64,000 nt of DNA, from the sequence record SRR20825019_1681; one strand, written 5' to 3'. Below the pieces are notes generated by a model. That model made no database searches. It saw only the letters and a program-made list of their open reading frames with translations, and was not told where the DNA came from. The translations under genes were made by a program, and so were the position numbers. Positions 39,651-48,924 of the stretch are shown here, piece by piece (the stretch's first letter is position 1; each line of letters opens with the position of its first letter).

Positions 39651-42600
39651 CTACTTTGGATTTGATATTTTCAAATTTAATGAAATATTTTGTTCCATTA
39701 TCTGTATTAACGATCAGCTCACCATCTAGTTGCTCTATTAGTGTTACAACCAGCTGCAAACCAAGCGTGTCCGAATTCATATCTTCAAATTTCGTTGGAA
39801 GACCAACTCCGTCGTCTGATACAATTAATTCAACAATGGTTTCTACTTGTCTTAATTCTAGTGTGATTGTTCCCTTTTGCCCTGGTTTCCACGCGTATTT
39901 TAGTGCATTGGTAATAAGTTCATTCATAAGTAAACCGCATGGAATTGCTTGATCTAGGATTAAGTCAATTTCTTCCAATTTGGTGTCTAAAACTACTTCC
40001 TCATTGATTCGGTACGATGCAATAAGATTCGTTGTAAGGTTTTGAAGATAAGAGGCAAAATTGATACTTGAAAAGTCCTTCGTTCTGTACAGGTTTTCAT
40101 GGATGATTGCCATTGAGCGAATTCTATTTCTACTTTCCTGTAAAATTCCAAGGGTCATTTCATCGTCTACAAAAGAACTCTGGAGATTGAGAATACTTGA
40201 AATTACTTGCAAATTGTTCTTAACTCTATGGTGAATCTCTTTCAAAAGGATTTCCTTTTCTTTAAGTGATTCCGCTATTTCATTGTCTGTTTTTTTCTTT
40301 TCTGTGATATCGTGAGCTACCAAAGAAATTTCCGAAACAAAACCTTCAATGTCGAAAATAGGATTCATGAAAATTTCCCACCAAACGATGCGTTTGTTTT
40401 GTTTCATTTCAACTTCAAACTGTAGCGATTTTCCCATTAGAACCTTGCTAAACCTCAAGCTGAAAAACCTTCTTTCGACTTCATTAAACACTTCTTCAAA
40501 AACGGCATCAAACGGAATATCTTGCCTCATTTTCTTATTGAATAGTCCATAAATGTAGGACTCAAAGTGCATGTTGAATGAGGTTATTCTTCGGTCGCTT
40601 GAGAGGGTAACTAAAAACGTATTTGAGGAACTATCGAGAATCGCCTTTGTGCGGAGGAATTGCTCTTGGAGCAGTTTTTCTGCCTTAATTCTCTCCATGA
40701 TTTCATCCGCCAGTTTCTTGTTTGTCTCCTCGGCTAGTTCGGCCCGAAGCTTTTCTTTCTCTAATGTATTTTGAACAGAAATATCTTTAATGATAATGAG
40801 TGTTGCAATGTTATCCTCGTAATTCGTTGTAACGAGCGTAACATCCACAGGAATTCGTTCTCTGGATTTTCCTATTAGCTCAAGTTGGATGTTTTGGCGA
40901 AGTCCTGATTCTTGCTGAAGAACATAAAGATCATTAAAGCGCAATTGATCTTCAGGAATGAACAAACGAGAAAGCGAATATTTTTTCCCTAGGATATTTT
41001 CAATTTCCGAGTTACTGTAGAGAATTTCATTGTTTCTGACAATTAAGATTCCTTCGGGATTGTTTTCGAGAATATTCTCCAGATTTCTTCTGTTCTGATC
41101 AATTTTTCTGAGGTTAATGTTCTTTTCCGTGTTGTCATGAATAACACATTGATAATATTGTTGGTTTCCAAGAACAATTTCAATAAAGGCAACTTCTGCT
41201 TCGAGTAGTCTTCCGTTTCCATTAAATTCCCACTCAAATTTTGTGCTGCGCATATTTTTTAGTCGCTCATAATTTGAGTTATACACATCTCTGTTTTTAT
41301 CCGATTGATTAACGCTCAATTCAAATAAGCTCATTTCCAACAATTCTCTTTCTGGTCTACCAAAGAGTTGAATTGCGCGTCTGTTTACGTCAGTAATTCT
41401 GTCATTATCCAACAGTAAAATGATGTCGTTGGATTCCTCGTAGATCAATCGATACTTCTGCTCACTCTGTTTCAAAGCTTGAGAAGCGCGCTGAATAGTC
41501 GTTAAATCGATAACAGAGCCTTCAATTGCACTCGTTAGACTATCAACATACCAACTGAAAATAAACGTTTTCTGGGATCCGTTTCGAAGTGTAAATTGAG
41601 TTTGATAATTCTGTATACTTTCCTTTGTTCCTAAGGATTCCAAAATAAACGTCCACTCTTCATTTTGATCCAACGAAAAGAGATAATCTCCCATTTTCAC
41701 CGTTCCTTCGAACATTTCGAAAAAAGCGTCATTTCCGTTGACAATTTTAGCTTTCTGGTCAATGGTGAAAACGCCAGCTTTGTTTCGATAATATAAATTT
41801 CTGTACTTCTTCTCATTCAGCTCGAGCTCTTCTCTTTTGTTAATTTCGTCGCTAACATCAGAAATTCTGCACAGCCAGTAATAACCATTTTTAAGAGAAA
41901 GTAGATTTACGCTCAGCTCAATATACATCTTGCGATTGTAGTAAGAGTAGTTGACCGTTTTAACGAATTTCCTTCCGAGTTTTAGTTTTTTAGCTCTGTC
42001 TTGATCTTCAATTGTGAGATAATAAAATAACTGCTTTGCAATATCTTCTTTGGACGCGGAATCGGCATTCAGTAACCTAGCTGCTTCACTGTTAAAATCA
42101 ATAATCCTTCTCGCTTTAACAAAGTCGAATAACACATAACCCGACCCTGGATTATTCATTATTCTTTTCAAATATTCCGAGTGATCTTCAACAGAATTAA
42201 TCATGCGTTGTCGTGAATACAACACAACCGAAGAACTTAAGATCAATACGGTGAACAAACCATAAATAAGCTCTTTGGAAACTTCCATGGAATCCGTTGT
42301 TTGGATTCCGTAAATGATCAAGCTTAAAACAAAAATATTGTAGAGAAGTGCCGGATACCAACGTTGCATAACCACCACTGTAACGGCATACACACCATAG
42401 AAACAAAACAGTTCCGTTTCATCGAATTTATTGGTGAGCAAACTGTAGTATGCAACGAGCGTTATCCCGAACAAATGAACGATAAAAAAGTAAATTAATT
42501 TATCCTTAAAAAACTCGACAAACCAGCAGAGGAAAAAATAAAATGGAAAGAGAAAAGTGTACGATAACCCCAAGTAAACATAGACTTTAGGAACATCCGT

Positions 42601-42756
42601 ATTGTAAATAATGTAGCTAAAAATTGGTGCGATAAAAAATGCTGCAATACTATGAATGAAAATTAATCTATACAGATTATTCTCCTTCTCATAATAGGGT
42701 CTGAACTCGCTACTTTCCCCACGAAAAAATTGAAATAAATTCAGTTTTTTAATCAT
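39637..42756 (-). CDS. Membrane multi-PAS sensor histidine kinase (HisKA_2 type)
   Basis: N-terminal TMs, several PAS repeats, EIHHRVKNNLQ H-box, NELITNALKYA, DDGVG, TLGL. Confidence 0.92.
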   Translation of the reverse strand: MIKKLNLFQFFRGESSEFRPYYEKENNLYRLIFIHSIAAFFIAPIFSYIIYNTDVPKVYVYLGLSYTFLFPFYFFLCWFVEFFKDKLIYFFIVHLFGITLVAYYSLLTNKFDETELFCFYGVYAVTVVVMQRWYPALLYNIFVLSLIIYGIQTTDSMEVSKELIYGLFTVLILSSSVVLYSRQRMINSVEDHSEYLKRIMNNPGSGYVLFDFVKARRIIDFNSEAARLLNADSASKEDIAKQLFYYLTIEDQDRAKKLKLGRKFVKTVNYSYYNRKMYIELSVNLLSLKNGYYWLCRISDVSDEINKREELELNEKKYRNLYYRNKAGVFTIDQKAKIVNGNDAFFEMFEGTVKMGDYLFSLDQNEEWTFILESLGTKESIQNYQTQFTLRNGSQKTFIFSWYVDSLTSAIEGSVIDLTTIQRASQALKQSEQKYRLIYEESNDIILLLDNDRITDVNRRAIQLFGRPERELLEMSLFELSVNQSDKNRDVYNSNYERLKNMRSTKFEWEFNGNGRLLEAEVAFIEIVLGNQQYYQCVIHDNTEKNINLRKIDQNRRNLENILENNPEGILIVRNNEILYSNSEIENILGKKYSLSRLFIPEDQLRFNDLYVLQQESGLRQNIQLELIGKSRERIPVDVTLVTTNYEDNIATLIIIKDISVQNTLEKEKLRAELAEETNKKLADEIMERIKAEKLLQEQFLRTKAILDSSSNTFLVTLSSDRRITSFNMHFESYIYGLFNKKMRQDIPFDAVFEEVFNEVERRFFSLRFSKVLMGKSLQFEVEMKQNKRIVWWEIFMNPIFDIEGFVSEISLVAHDITEKKKTDNEIAESLKEKEILLKEIHHRVKNNLQVISSILNLQSSFVDDEMTLGILQESRNRIRSMAIIHENLYRTKDFSSINFASYLQNLTTNLIASYRINEEVVLDTKLEEIDLILDQAIPCGLLMNELITNALKYAWKPGQKGTITLELRQVETIVELIVSDDGVGLPTKFEDMNSDTLGLQLVVTLIEQLDGELIVNTDNGTKYFIKFENIKSKVDVKN

Positions 42757-42959
42757 TGTAAAACTCCAATTGAGTTGTTAAACTTACGATAATTTCCGTC
42801 TTAGCTTTTTGAAAACGAAAAGGGAAATCCAGCCGGCGAGAAATCTTTTTTATTTTATTCAAAAAAAATTGTTTGTAGACTGAGGTTCTCATAGCGTTGA
42901 TTTCGTTTTCAAGGACAAGTTAGCAAGAACTTCCCAATTTTCAGAAAGTTGATGAGTTC

Positions 42960-43442
42960 AAGAAGATAAATAGATATTATAAATTAATTTCTTTATAAAG
43001 AAGAATCTATTATAACTTATTAAGGCTGTTAATATGTGTGTAATTTAAAGACAGGTTTCTTTCATATATGACTTATCAGAGAAAGATGGTAGTTTTTAAA
43101 CAGGTTATGAACGTAGTTTATTGTGTGATATCAAGTATTTAGCTTGGTTTTAAACAACAGGACTAATTAGATGTAATGTTCATTAGTTTATGTTGATTTA
43201 ACAATATTAAGTGTGTGTTAAGTGCGTGTAAAATAAGTGTAACTTCCTCAAACTTCTCTAGCTATTCTCAAATATAGTTCTGTATATACAAGTTATTGAA
43301 TTGACCTAGAAAAAGATGTTGGCAGTTATGCACGCTTATTAACAATTAGTTGTTTGTTATGGTTAATAACCGCAACGATAAATCAGGGCTGCAGAGCGGC
43401 ATTTTTAAATGATTGTTTAAAACTTGGTTCAATTGTCAATAA
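42960..43442. other. Probable chromosomal replication origin (oriC)
   Basis: Lies in a 720-bp gene-free gap. AT-rich tract ~42965-43023 next to GCC and overlapping DnaA-box-like 9-mers (43027-43043); further TT(A/T)TNAAC(A)-type boxes at 43094, 43148, 43336, 43361 and 43414; parS sites and mnmG nearby. Confidence 0.72.
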
Positions 43443-43446
43443 GGTT

Positions 43447-43454
43447 TAGCTTTG
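43447..43454 (+). promoter_or_regulatory. -7 element (TAGCTTTG) for rpiB
   Basis: Exact TAnnTTTG match 22 nt upstream of the ATG. Confidence 0.6.
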
Positions 43455-43476
43455 CAGCTTACAAGTTATTGAAGTT

Positions 43477-43914
43477 ATGAAAAATGTGATTCCTATCGGT
43501 TGTGACCATGCTGGGTTTGAGTTGAAAACGATTCTTTTAGATCATTTAAAAGAAAAAGGGTATGAGTTAAAGGACTTCGGTTGCTATTCGGAAGAGAGTA
43601 TTGATTATCCTGATTTTGGACATCCTGTAGCAACGATGGTTGAAGCAGATTCGCAAACATTAGGGATTTTGATTTGTGGTTCTGGGAATGGTATTAACAT
43701 GACGGCAAACAAGCATCAAGGAGTGCGGAGTGCACTTTGTTGGACAAAAGAAATAGCTGAGTTAGCACGCGCTCACAACAATGCAAATATTCTTGCTTTA
43801 CCAGCTCGATTTATTTCTACTGAAGAAGCTATTGAAATAGTTGATGCATTTTTCTCTACGCCTTTTGAAGGAGGAAGACACGAAAGACGCGTAAATAAGA
43901 TCGCTTGCGCTTAG
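43477..43914 (+). CDS. rpiB: Ribose-5-phosphate isomerase B
   Basis: GCDHAG, DYPD, GILICGSGNG, ANK, AR.HNNAN and FEGGRH.RR motifs. Confidence 0.97.
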   Translation: MKNVIPIGCDHAGFELKTILLDHLKEKGYELKDFGCYSEESIDYPDFGHPVATMVEADSQTLGILICGSGNGINMTANKHQGVRSALCWTKEIAELARAHNNANILALPARFISTEEAIEIVDAFFSTPFEGGRHERRVNKIACA

Positions 43915-45149
43915 TGTGCAAGCATCGATTCTATTAAAGAAATAGTGTTTTCACGGTATTCAATATAATAGTCTCCTGTTCCAGGACCATTGAAACCTGT
44001 GTGGATTCTTTTCACCATGCCGTCTCTTCCAATAAAAATAGAAGTAGGAAACGAGGTTACTTCGTTTAGCATTTTGAAATGGTCTGAAGCAATGGTCTTC
44101 GATGATTGTCCTCCAACGAGAAACGTAAAATCTAAGTGAAGTTTATTTTTAAATCGCTCAATGGTTGCGGTTTGTTCACTAAATTCTGCACTTGCTTCGT
44201 ATCCAACAGAAATTATTTCTAATCCTTTACTGTGATACTTATCGTATAATTCTTTGTAGAAAATAGTCTCGTCTAAACAATTTGGACACCAAGTTCCCAT
44301 AATTTGAATAATGGTTACAGTATTTGGTTCCGCGTCATCAGGAAAGGTAAACTGAGTTCCGTTGAGGGTTGGAAGTTCGAAAGTAATTTGCTGGTCATCT
44401 AATAAGTAAGTCAGCTCGTCTGGGCTTTTAAGTTCAGCGTTTTCATCTCTAGAGCCTTCCCAATTACTTTGCCAATGCTTACCTGATAAAAACTTACCAT
44501 TTAAATGATCTCCTTCAAGTCCCGCTTTAAATAAAAATGCATGAGATCCATCAAAGCAAGAAAGGTATAAACTGTCGTTGATAATATTTCCTTCAAGATA
44601 ACGGTAGTCACCTGTTTCCGTAAGAAATGTTCCAGATACTTTACTTGATTTACCTTCTTGTTGAAAGATTCCAACAGCCGGATAAGCTGAACTCGTTCTA
44701 GGTTCAAATGTCACAGCCCATTTTCCATTAACGTTTGGCGAAGTTTCGTCTAGTTTTTTTGAGGCAGAAGAAAAACGTGTAGAAACATTTTTTCGTGCTT
44801 TAAAAGGAATTTGATAGTTCTTTCTGTTATAATTCACCCAATAGCCATTCAATTCTTTTTTAGAATCCGCTGCGAAAACCAATTGAGAATTAAAAAATGG
44901 GAAAGCAACATATAGGCTATCTCCCTTAATTATAGGATCGCTAAGTTGAATCATTTCTTCCCCGTTCTCCACCGTAAAACTATATGAAGATTGATTTTTT
45001 ACAATAATTAAATTAAATGGTAGTTTGTCATTTGAATTGAGGGATAATTCTCCTACCCATTTTCCTTTGGAAATTTTAATAGATTTATTTATTTGAGAAA
45101 AAGAAAATGTCGTAACAAGTGTTATTATGCAGATGAGAATTAACTTCAT
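43911..45149 (-). CDS. Exported TlpA-family thiol-disulfide oxidoreductase with N-terminal beta domains
   Basis: GTWCPNC active site, cis-Pro FPT, TETGDYRYL and FDGSHAFLF motifs; signal peptide. Confidence 0.85.
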   Translation of the reverse strand: MKLILICIITLVTTFSFSQINKSIKISKGKWVGELSLNSNDKLPFNLIIVKNQSSYSFTVENGEEMIQLSDPIIKGDSLYVAFPFFNSQLVFAADSKKELNGYWVNYNRKNYQIPFKARKNVSTRFSSASKKLDETSPNVNGKWAVTFEPRTSSAYPAVGIFQQEGKSSKVSGTFLTETGDYRYLEGNIINDSLYLSCFDGSHAFLFKAGLEGDHLNGKFLSGKHWQSNWEGSRDENAELKSPDELTYLLDDQQITFELPTLNGTQFTFPDDAEPNTVTIIQIMGTWCPNCLDETIFYKELYDKYHSKGLEIISVGYEASAEFSEQTATIERFKNKLHLDFTFLVGGQSSKTIASDHFKMLNEVTSFPTSIFIGRDGMVKRIHTGFNGPGTGDYYIEYRENTISLIESMLAH

Positions 45150-45202
45150 GAATTATTTTTGGTTTGGTAAAAATACGTTTTTTGTTCAGTGTGTTTTTAT
45201 TA

Positions 45203-45231
45203 TGCAACCTTTTTTGAACAAATCAAGTCTA
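45203..45231 (+). promoter_or_regulatory. Putative ECF-type autoregulatory promoter (TGCAACC-N17-GTCTA)
   Basis: AAC-containing -35 (45203-45209) and GTCT -10 (45227-45230) directly upstream of the ECF sigma gene; no TAnnTTTG there. Confidence 0.6.
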
Positions 45232-45240
45232 TAAAGACAA

Positions 45241-45786
45241 GTGCTGGTAATGGATGAAGTGACTTTGGTAAATAGTTGTATTGAAGGAAATCAATTGGCT
45301 CAGCGAACGTTGTTTGAAAAATATGCGCCTAAAATGCTGGGTGTATGCATGAGGTACGCGAATAGTAAAGATGAAGCAGAAGATGTTTTACAGGATGCAT
45401 TCGTAAAAGTGTTTACTAAGTTAGATCACTACAATGGAGACGGGTCATTGGAAGGATGGATTAGAAGGATTATGGTAAACACTTCACTGGATCAAATTCG
45501 AAAGAATGCTAAGTTCAGTAAGAATGTGAGTGTGGACGATGTTGAATATAAAATGGAATCAGATGGTGAAATTTTGTCTTCCTTAATGGAACAGGATTTA
45601 CTAAAATTGATAGCAGAAATGCCAGTTGGCTATCGCACCGTTTTCAATATGTTCGCCATAGAAGGGTTTTCTCATAAAGAGATAGCCAAAGAATTGGAGA
45701 TCACTGAAAACACCTCTAAGTCGCAATACTCAAGAGCTAAGGCATATTTAAGAACAAAAGTAGAAGAACTAGAAATTGGAAGATAA
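45241..45786 (+). CDS. ECF RNA polymerase sigma-70 factor
   Basis: Region 2 (AEDVLQDAF...W.RRI.VN) and region 4 (VFN...IEG.SHKEIA..L.I...TSKSQ..RA). Start is GTG 45241 or ATG 45250. Confidence 0.95.
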   Translation: MLVMDEVTLVNSCIEGNQLAQRTLFEKYAPKMLGVCMRYANSKDEAEDVLQDAFVKVFTKLDHYNGDGSLEGWIRRIMVNTSLDQIRKNAKFSKNVSVDDVEYKMESDGEILSSLMEQDLLKLIAEMPVGYRTVFNMFAIEGFSHKEIAKELEITENTSKSQYSRAKAYLRTKVEELEIGR

Positions 45787-46663
45787 AGATTACATAAAAG
45801 ACCTTTTTTCTCAGAAACTGGGAAATTATGAAGCAAACGTTAATCCGCAACTGTGGGATAAAATTGCTTCTCAAGTAACTATTGGAGCATCCGCTGCTTC
45901 AACAGCTACTGGTGTGTCTCTATTTGCCAAATGGATGATAGGTTTAGGCTTGTCTGCAGTTGTTACAACAGCTGTGGTTGTTCTTTCTACTCAAACTTCG
46001 GAAGAACCCGTCAAAACGGCGGAATCTGAGCTTACAAACGATACTGAACAAAAGGATAAGGAAACAATTGTTTCCGAGTTAAATGAAAATACTCCAGAAA
46101 ACAATGGAGTGGAGGAAAATAACCTGAATACGAACGAATCAACAGGAACGTCTTCAAATGCTTCAGATCAACGACGTAGTTCGAACGCTCCAGTATTGCA
46201 GTTACCAACAACTCTCTTAATCGATCAAGATCATTTAGTAGATCGCCAAATCTCTGTTGTACCGCCGCCTGTACTTCCTGTAGTTGATCCAGGTAAAACG
46301 CGCGAACCTGAAGTATTAGAACCTGAATTGCCGATCGACCCTGCACCAGAAACTACTGAACCATCGGTTACATTAGAAAAGGATTATTGGATAGAGAGCT
46401 TAACAAACGTATTTACACCAAATAACGATGGAGTGAACGATATCTTTGTGATCAATTCCAAAGGTTTGTTAGACTTTAACATTGTAATAATGGATAAAGT
46501 AAGTCAGGTGGTTTTCACTTCAAATGATCCGAATTTCAAATGGTTTGGATTAAATAAACTAGGTGAGCCAGTTGATTCAGGAAACTACGTTTATTTTATC
46601 ACTGCTAAGGACAGTAAAGGAAATCCTATCAAGGAATATAGCACACTCTCAATTACCAGATAA
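45776..46663 (+). CDS. Putative anti-sigma factor: cytoplasmic N-domain, one TM, disordered linker, T9SS type-B C-terminal domain
   Basis: TTG start overlaps the sigma gene by 11 nt; LF.QKL.NYE..V.P.LW.KI N-domain; TM ~aa 49-70; S/T/N/E/P-rich linker; NVFTPNNDGVND...W.G...G.YVY...L.ITR. Confidence 0.75.
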   Translation: MEDKDYIKDLFSQKLGNYEANVNPQLWDKIASQVTIGASAASTATGVSLFAKWMIGLGLSAVVTTAVVVLSTQTSEEPVKTAESELTNDTEQKDKETIVSELNENTPENNGVEENNLNTNESTGTSSNASDQRRSSNAPVLQLPTTLLIDQDHLVDRQISVVPPPVLPVVDPGKTREPEVLEPELPIDPAPETTEPSVTLEKDYWIESLTNVFTPNNDGVNDIFVINSKGLLDFNIVIMDKVSQVVFTSNDPNFKWFGLNKLGEPVDSGNYVYFITAKDSKGNPIKEYSTLSITR

Positions 46664-47356
46664 TTGATCTTTGTGGTGTTTTACCCCAATGAAATACAGC
46701 GTAATTGTTGTTAATAATAGAATATGACTGACGTCGTTTCTATCAAACCAAGGATGAATATTAATCTTCATGGATTGAAAAAAGATCGTGGGGATCATCA
46801 CCAAAATACTCAACCAGAAATAATTAAATCCTGAATGCATTGTTTTAGCGAATTTGTAACCCAAAAATCCTAAAGCGAATAGCAATCCCACAGTAGTATT
46901 GATTGTCGTTACACGTAATCCTTTCGAAGGGTCAACGCTCAAATCAACCACCATAAAGACGATTGTAGTAGCTACGAGAACAAGAACCATTTTAATTTTA
47001 CTCAAAAGAATCAATCTTTTTTTCCACCCTTTATTTTTCAAGAGAGAAATCATGGCTTGCTCTGCAAAAAACACGGTGAAAACGCCTAAATACCACGAAG
47101 GATATTTACCAAAGAGTCCGAAGTAGTTGTATAAAAAGTGACCCAAACCACCAAATAGGAAGCTGATTCCGAAAACCGCAAAAAAGCGAAACCAGTTCAC
47201 AAAGAAAGGGTGGTTTTCATTCCATTTTCGAACTCTGAACGCAAAGAAAAGCGCAAGAAAAAAGATTAAAAGATCTCCAATCATGGCATTAGGTTCAACA
47301 AAATCAAATCCAAATGGTTGCCATTGGATTTTTTCAAAATCTTCACCTATCCGCAT
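46649..47356 (-). CDS. Seven-TM membrane protein of unknown function (DUF6962-like; possibly CREST-like)
   Basis: Hydrophobic helices with EP....D, GG..H and ND..H motifs. Confidence 0.6.
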   Translation of the reverse strand: MRIGEDFEKIQWQPFGFDFVEPNAMIGDLLIFFLALFFAFRVRKWNENHPFFVNWFRFFAVFGISFLFGGLGHFLYNYFGLFGKYPSWYLGVFTVFFAEQAMISLLKNKGWKKRLILLSKIKMVLVLVATTIVFMVVDLSVDPSKGLRVTTINTTVGLLFALGFLGYKFAKTMHSGFNYFWLSILVMIPTIFFQSMKINIHPWFDRNDVSHILLLTTITLYFIGVKHHKDQLSGN

Positions 47357-48174
47357 TATTGATTTTTTTCTTGGAACTTATGGATATTCTTCAAAATGAT
47401 ACGCTCTACAAGCAAAGGAAATCTAGGCTGCATGAACGCATTTATTTTTCCTATGCGTGTTAATGTCGTTAGGAATTTGCGACGTTGAATGTTTTTTGTG
47501 ACCTTTTTTGCCACTTGTTCAGTTGTTTGAACGCCTTTTCCATCGCGAATATTCAACGTTTTCATTGAACCATCAGAAGCGATCGTTTCTTTGTTGTGTT
47601 CAATTTGAGTGATTCCAACTAAGATTAAACCAACGTGAACATTGTGTGCTTTTTCTTCCAAACGAATAGATTCAGCAATCGCTCTCAAGGCCATTTTAGA
47701 AGCACAGTACGCAGATAACTCGGGCAATCCACGGATTCCAGCTAAACTTGAAATAAAAATAATGCTTCCTTGACTTTTTCTAATTTCAGGAAGGGCAAAA
47801 ATAGTTGGGTTTACAGAACCTTGCACGTTGCTGTCAAAAACCCGTTTGAATACATCTGGATCAACATCAGCGACTTTACCACGCATAGAAACACCAACGT
47901 TGTTAACGAGGATATCAATACGTCCGAATTTTTCTAAAGCGCGTTCAATTAATTGCTTACTATCTTCTTCTCGAGAAACATCGCAACACACGCTAATTAC
48001 ATTCGGGTGAATGGCTTCAACTAACTTTTGAGTTTCATCCAATCGATCTTGATTTCTACCGTTCAATACAATCGAAACCCCTTGCTTTGCAAGATCTAGG
48101 GCAATTGCTTTTCCAATTCCTCGACTGGAGCCAGTAACGATGGCAACTTTATTCTTTAACTGAACCTTCGCCAT
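47356..48174 (-). CDS. Classical short-chain dehydrogenase/reductase
   Basis: TGSSRGIG, DILVNN.G, ISSLAG and YCASK catalytic motifs. Confidence 0.92.
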   Translation of the reverse strand: MAKVQLKNKVAIVTGSSRGIGKAIALDLAKQGVSIVLNGRNQDRLDETQKLVEAIHPNVISVCCDVSREEDSKQLIERALEKFGRIDILVNNVGVSMRGKVADVDPDVFKRVFDSNVQGSVNPTIFALPEIRKSQGSIIFISSLAGIRGLPELSAYCASKMALRAIAESIRLEEKAHNVHVGLILVGITQIEHNKETIASDGSMKTLNIRDGKGVQTTEQVAKKVTKNIQRRKFLTTLTRIGKINAFMQPRFPLLVERIILKNIHKFQEKNQ

Positions 48175-48177
48175 AGT

Positions 48178-48921
48178 TTATTTGCGCTTGTAGTGAATGT
48201 CTGGATGGAACTTCAAAGCAGTAAGACTATTTGTCCACGCCATTGCTACATGTACAATAAACGCGATCCAAATAGTTCCAGAAGCCAATGTAAGTAAGCA
48301 AAGAACAATCCCTAAAGGAATGGCTCCAATTGTTTCATCTAACCCTTTTGGAATGTGCGTTGCCGAATACAAAGCAATATTGATAGCAATCGCTGGCCAA
48401 ACACCCAAAGGTTCAACTAATGGAATTAAAAGAGTTCCTCTAAACAAGAATTCATAACCGAATAGATAAAGTGCCCATCCCAAAAGGTTAATAAACAATG
48501 TTTTACTTGTCCATTCCTTCGCTCTAATTTGTGGATAATTCACCAAGTTTTTTGGTTTTTTTGCGGAAAAATGTGCCAGTGGAATTACCAGTACGCACAA
48601 CCCAAGTGTCCATACAAGAGTAAAGATCGATGTTTCAGGGATGATTGTTAAACCATAATCGGCTAACGAAATTTCTGGAATCAACATCAAACAAATAATG
48701 GTGGGAACAACTCCCATGCTTATAAAACCAAAATACTTCGTAAAGAAAATATGTTTTATGGACGCCGTGTCTGGATCATACTTCTTGTAAAATCGTTGCT
48801 TGATTCCGTCAGACTGTGCTGTAAACCAATATACTACAAAGAAAACAAGCGCGAGCACAATCGGAAGGCATACGCGCATATCTAATGAAGACCATGAAAG
48901 GTCTACGGGAAATGAGTTCAT
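48178..48921 (-). CDS. CPBP/Abi-family intramembrane glutamic endopeptidase
   Basis: YEFLFRG (variant of EE..FRG), ..H.PK and H...N motifs; multi-TM. Confidence 0.82.
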   Translation of the reverse strand: MNSFPVDLSWSSLDMRVCLPIVLALVFFVVYWFTAQSDGIKQRFYKKYDPDTASIKHIFFTKYFGFISMGVVPTIICLMLIPEISLADYGLTIIPETSIFTLVWTLGLCVLVIPLAHFSAKKPKNLVNYPQIRAKEWTSKTLFINLLGWALYLFGYEFLFRGTLLIPLVEPLGVWPAIAINIALYSATHIPKGLDETIGAIPLGIVLCLLTLASGTIWIAFIVHVAMAWTNSLTALKFHPDIHYKRK

Positions 48922-48924
48922 AAA

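Noticed and set aside
48178-48921. Abi-family protein as a phage-defence gene
   Set aside because: The CPBP 'Abi' label does not imply defence, and the context is a metabolic operon.
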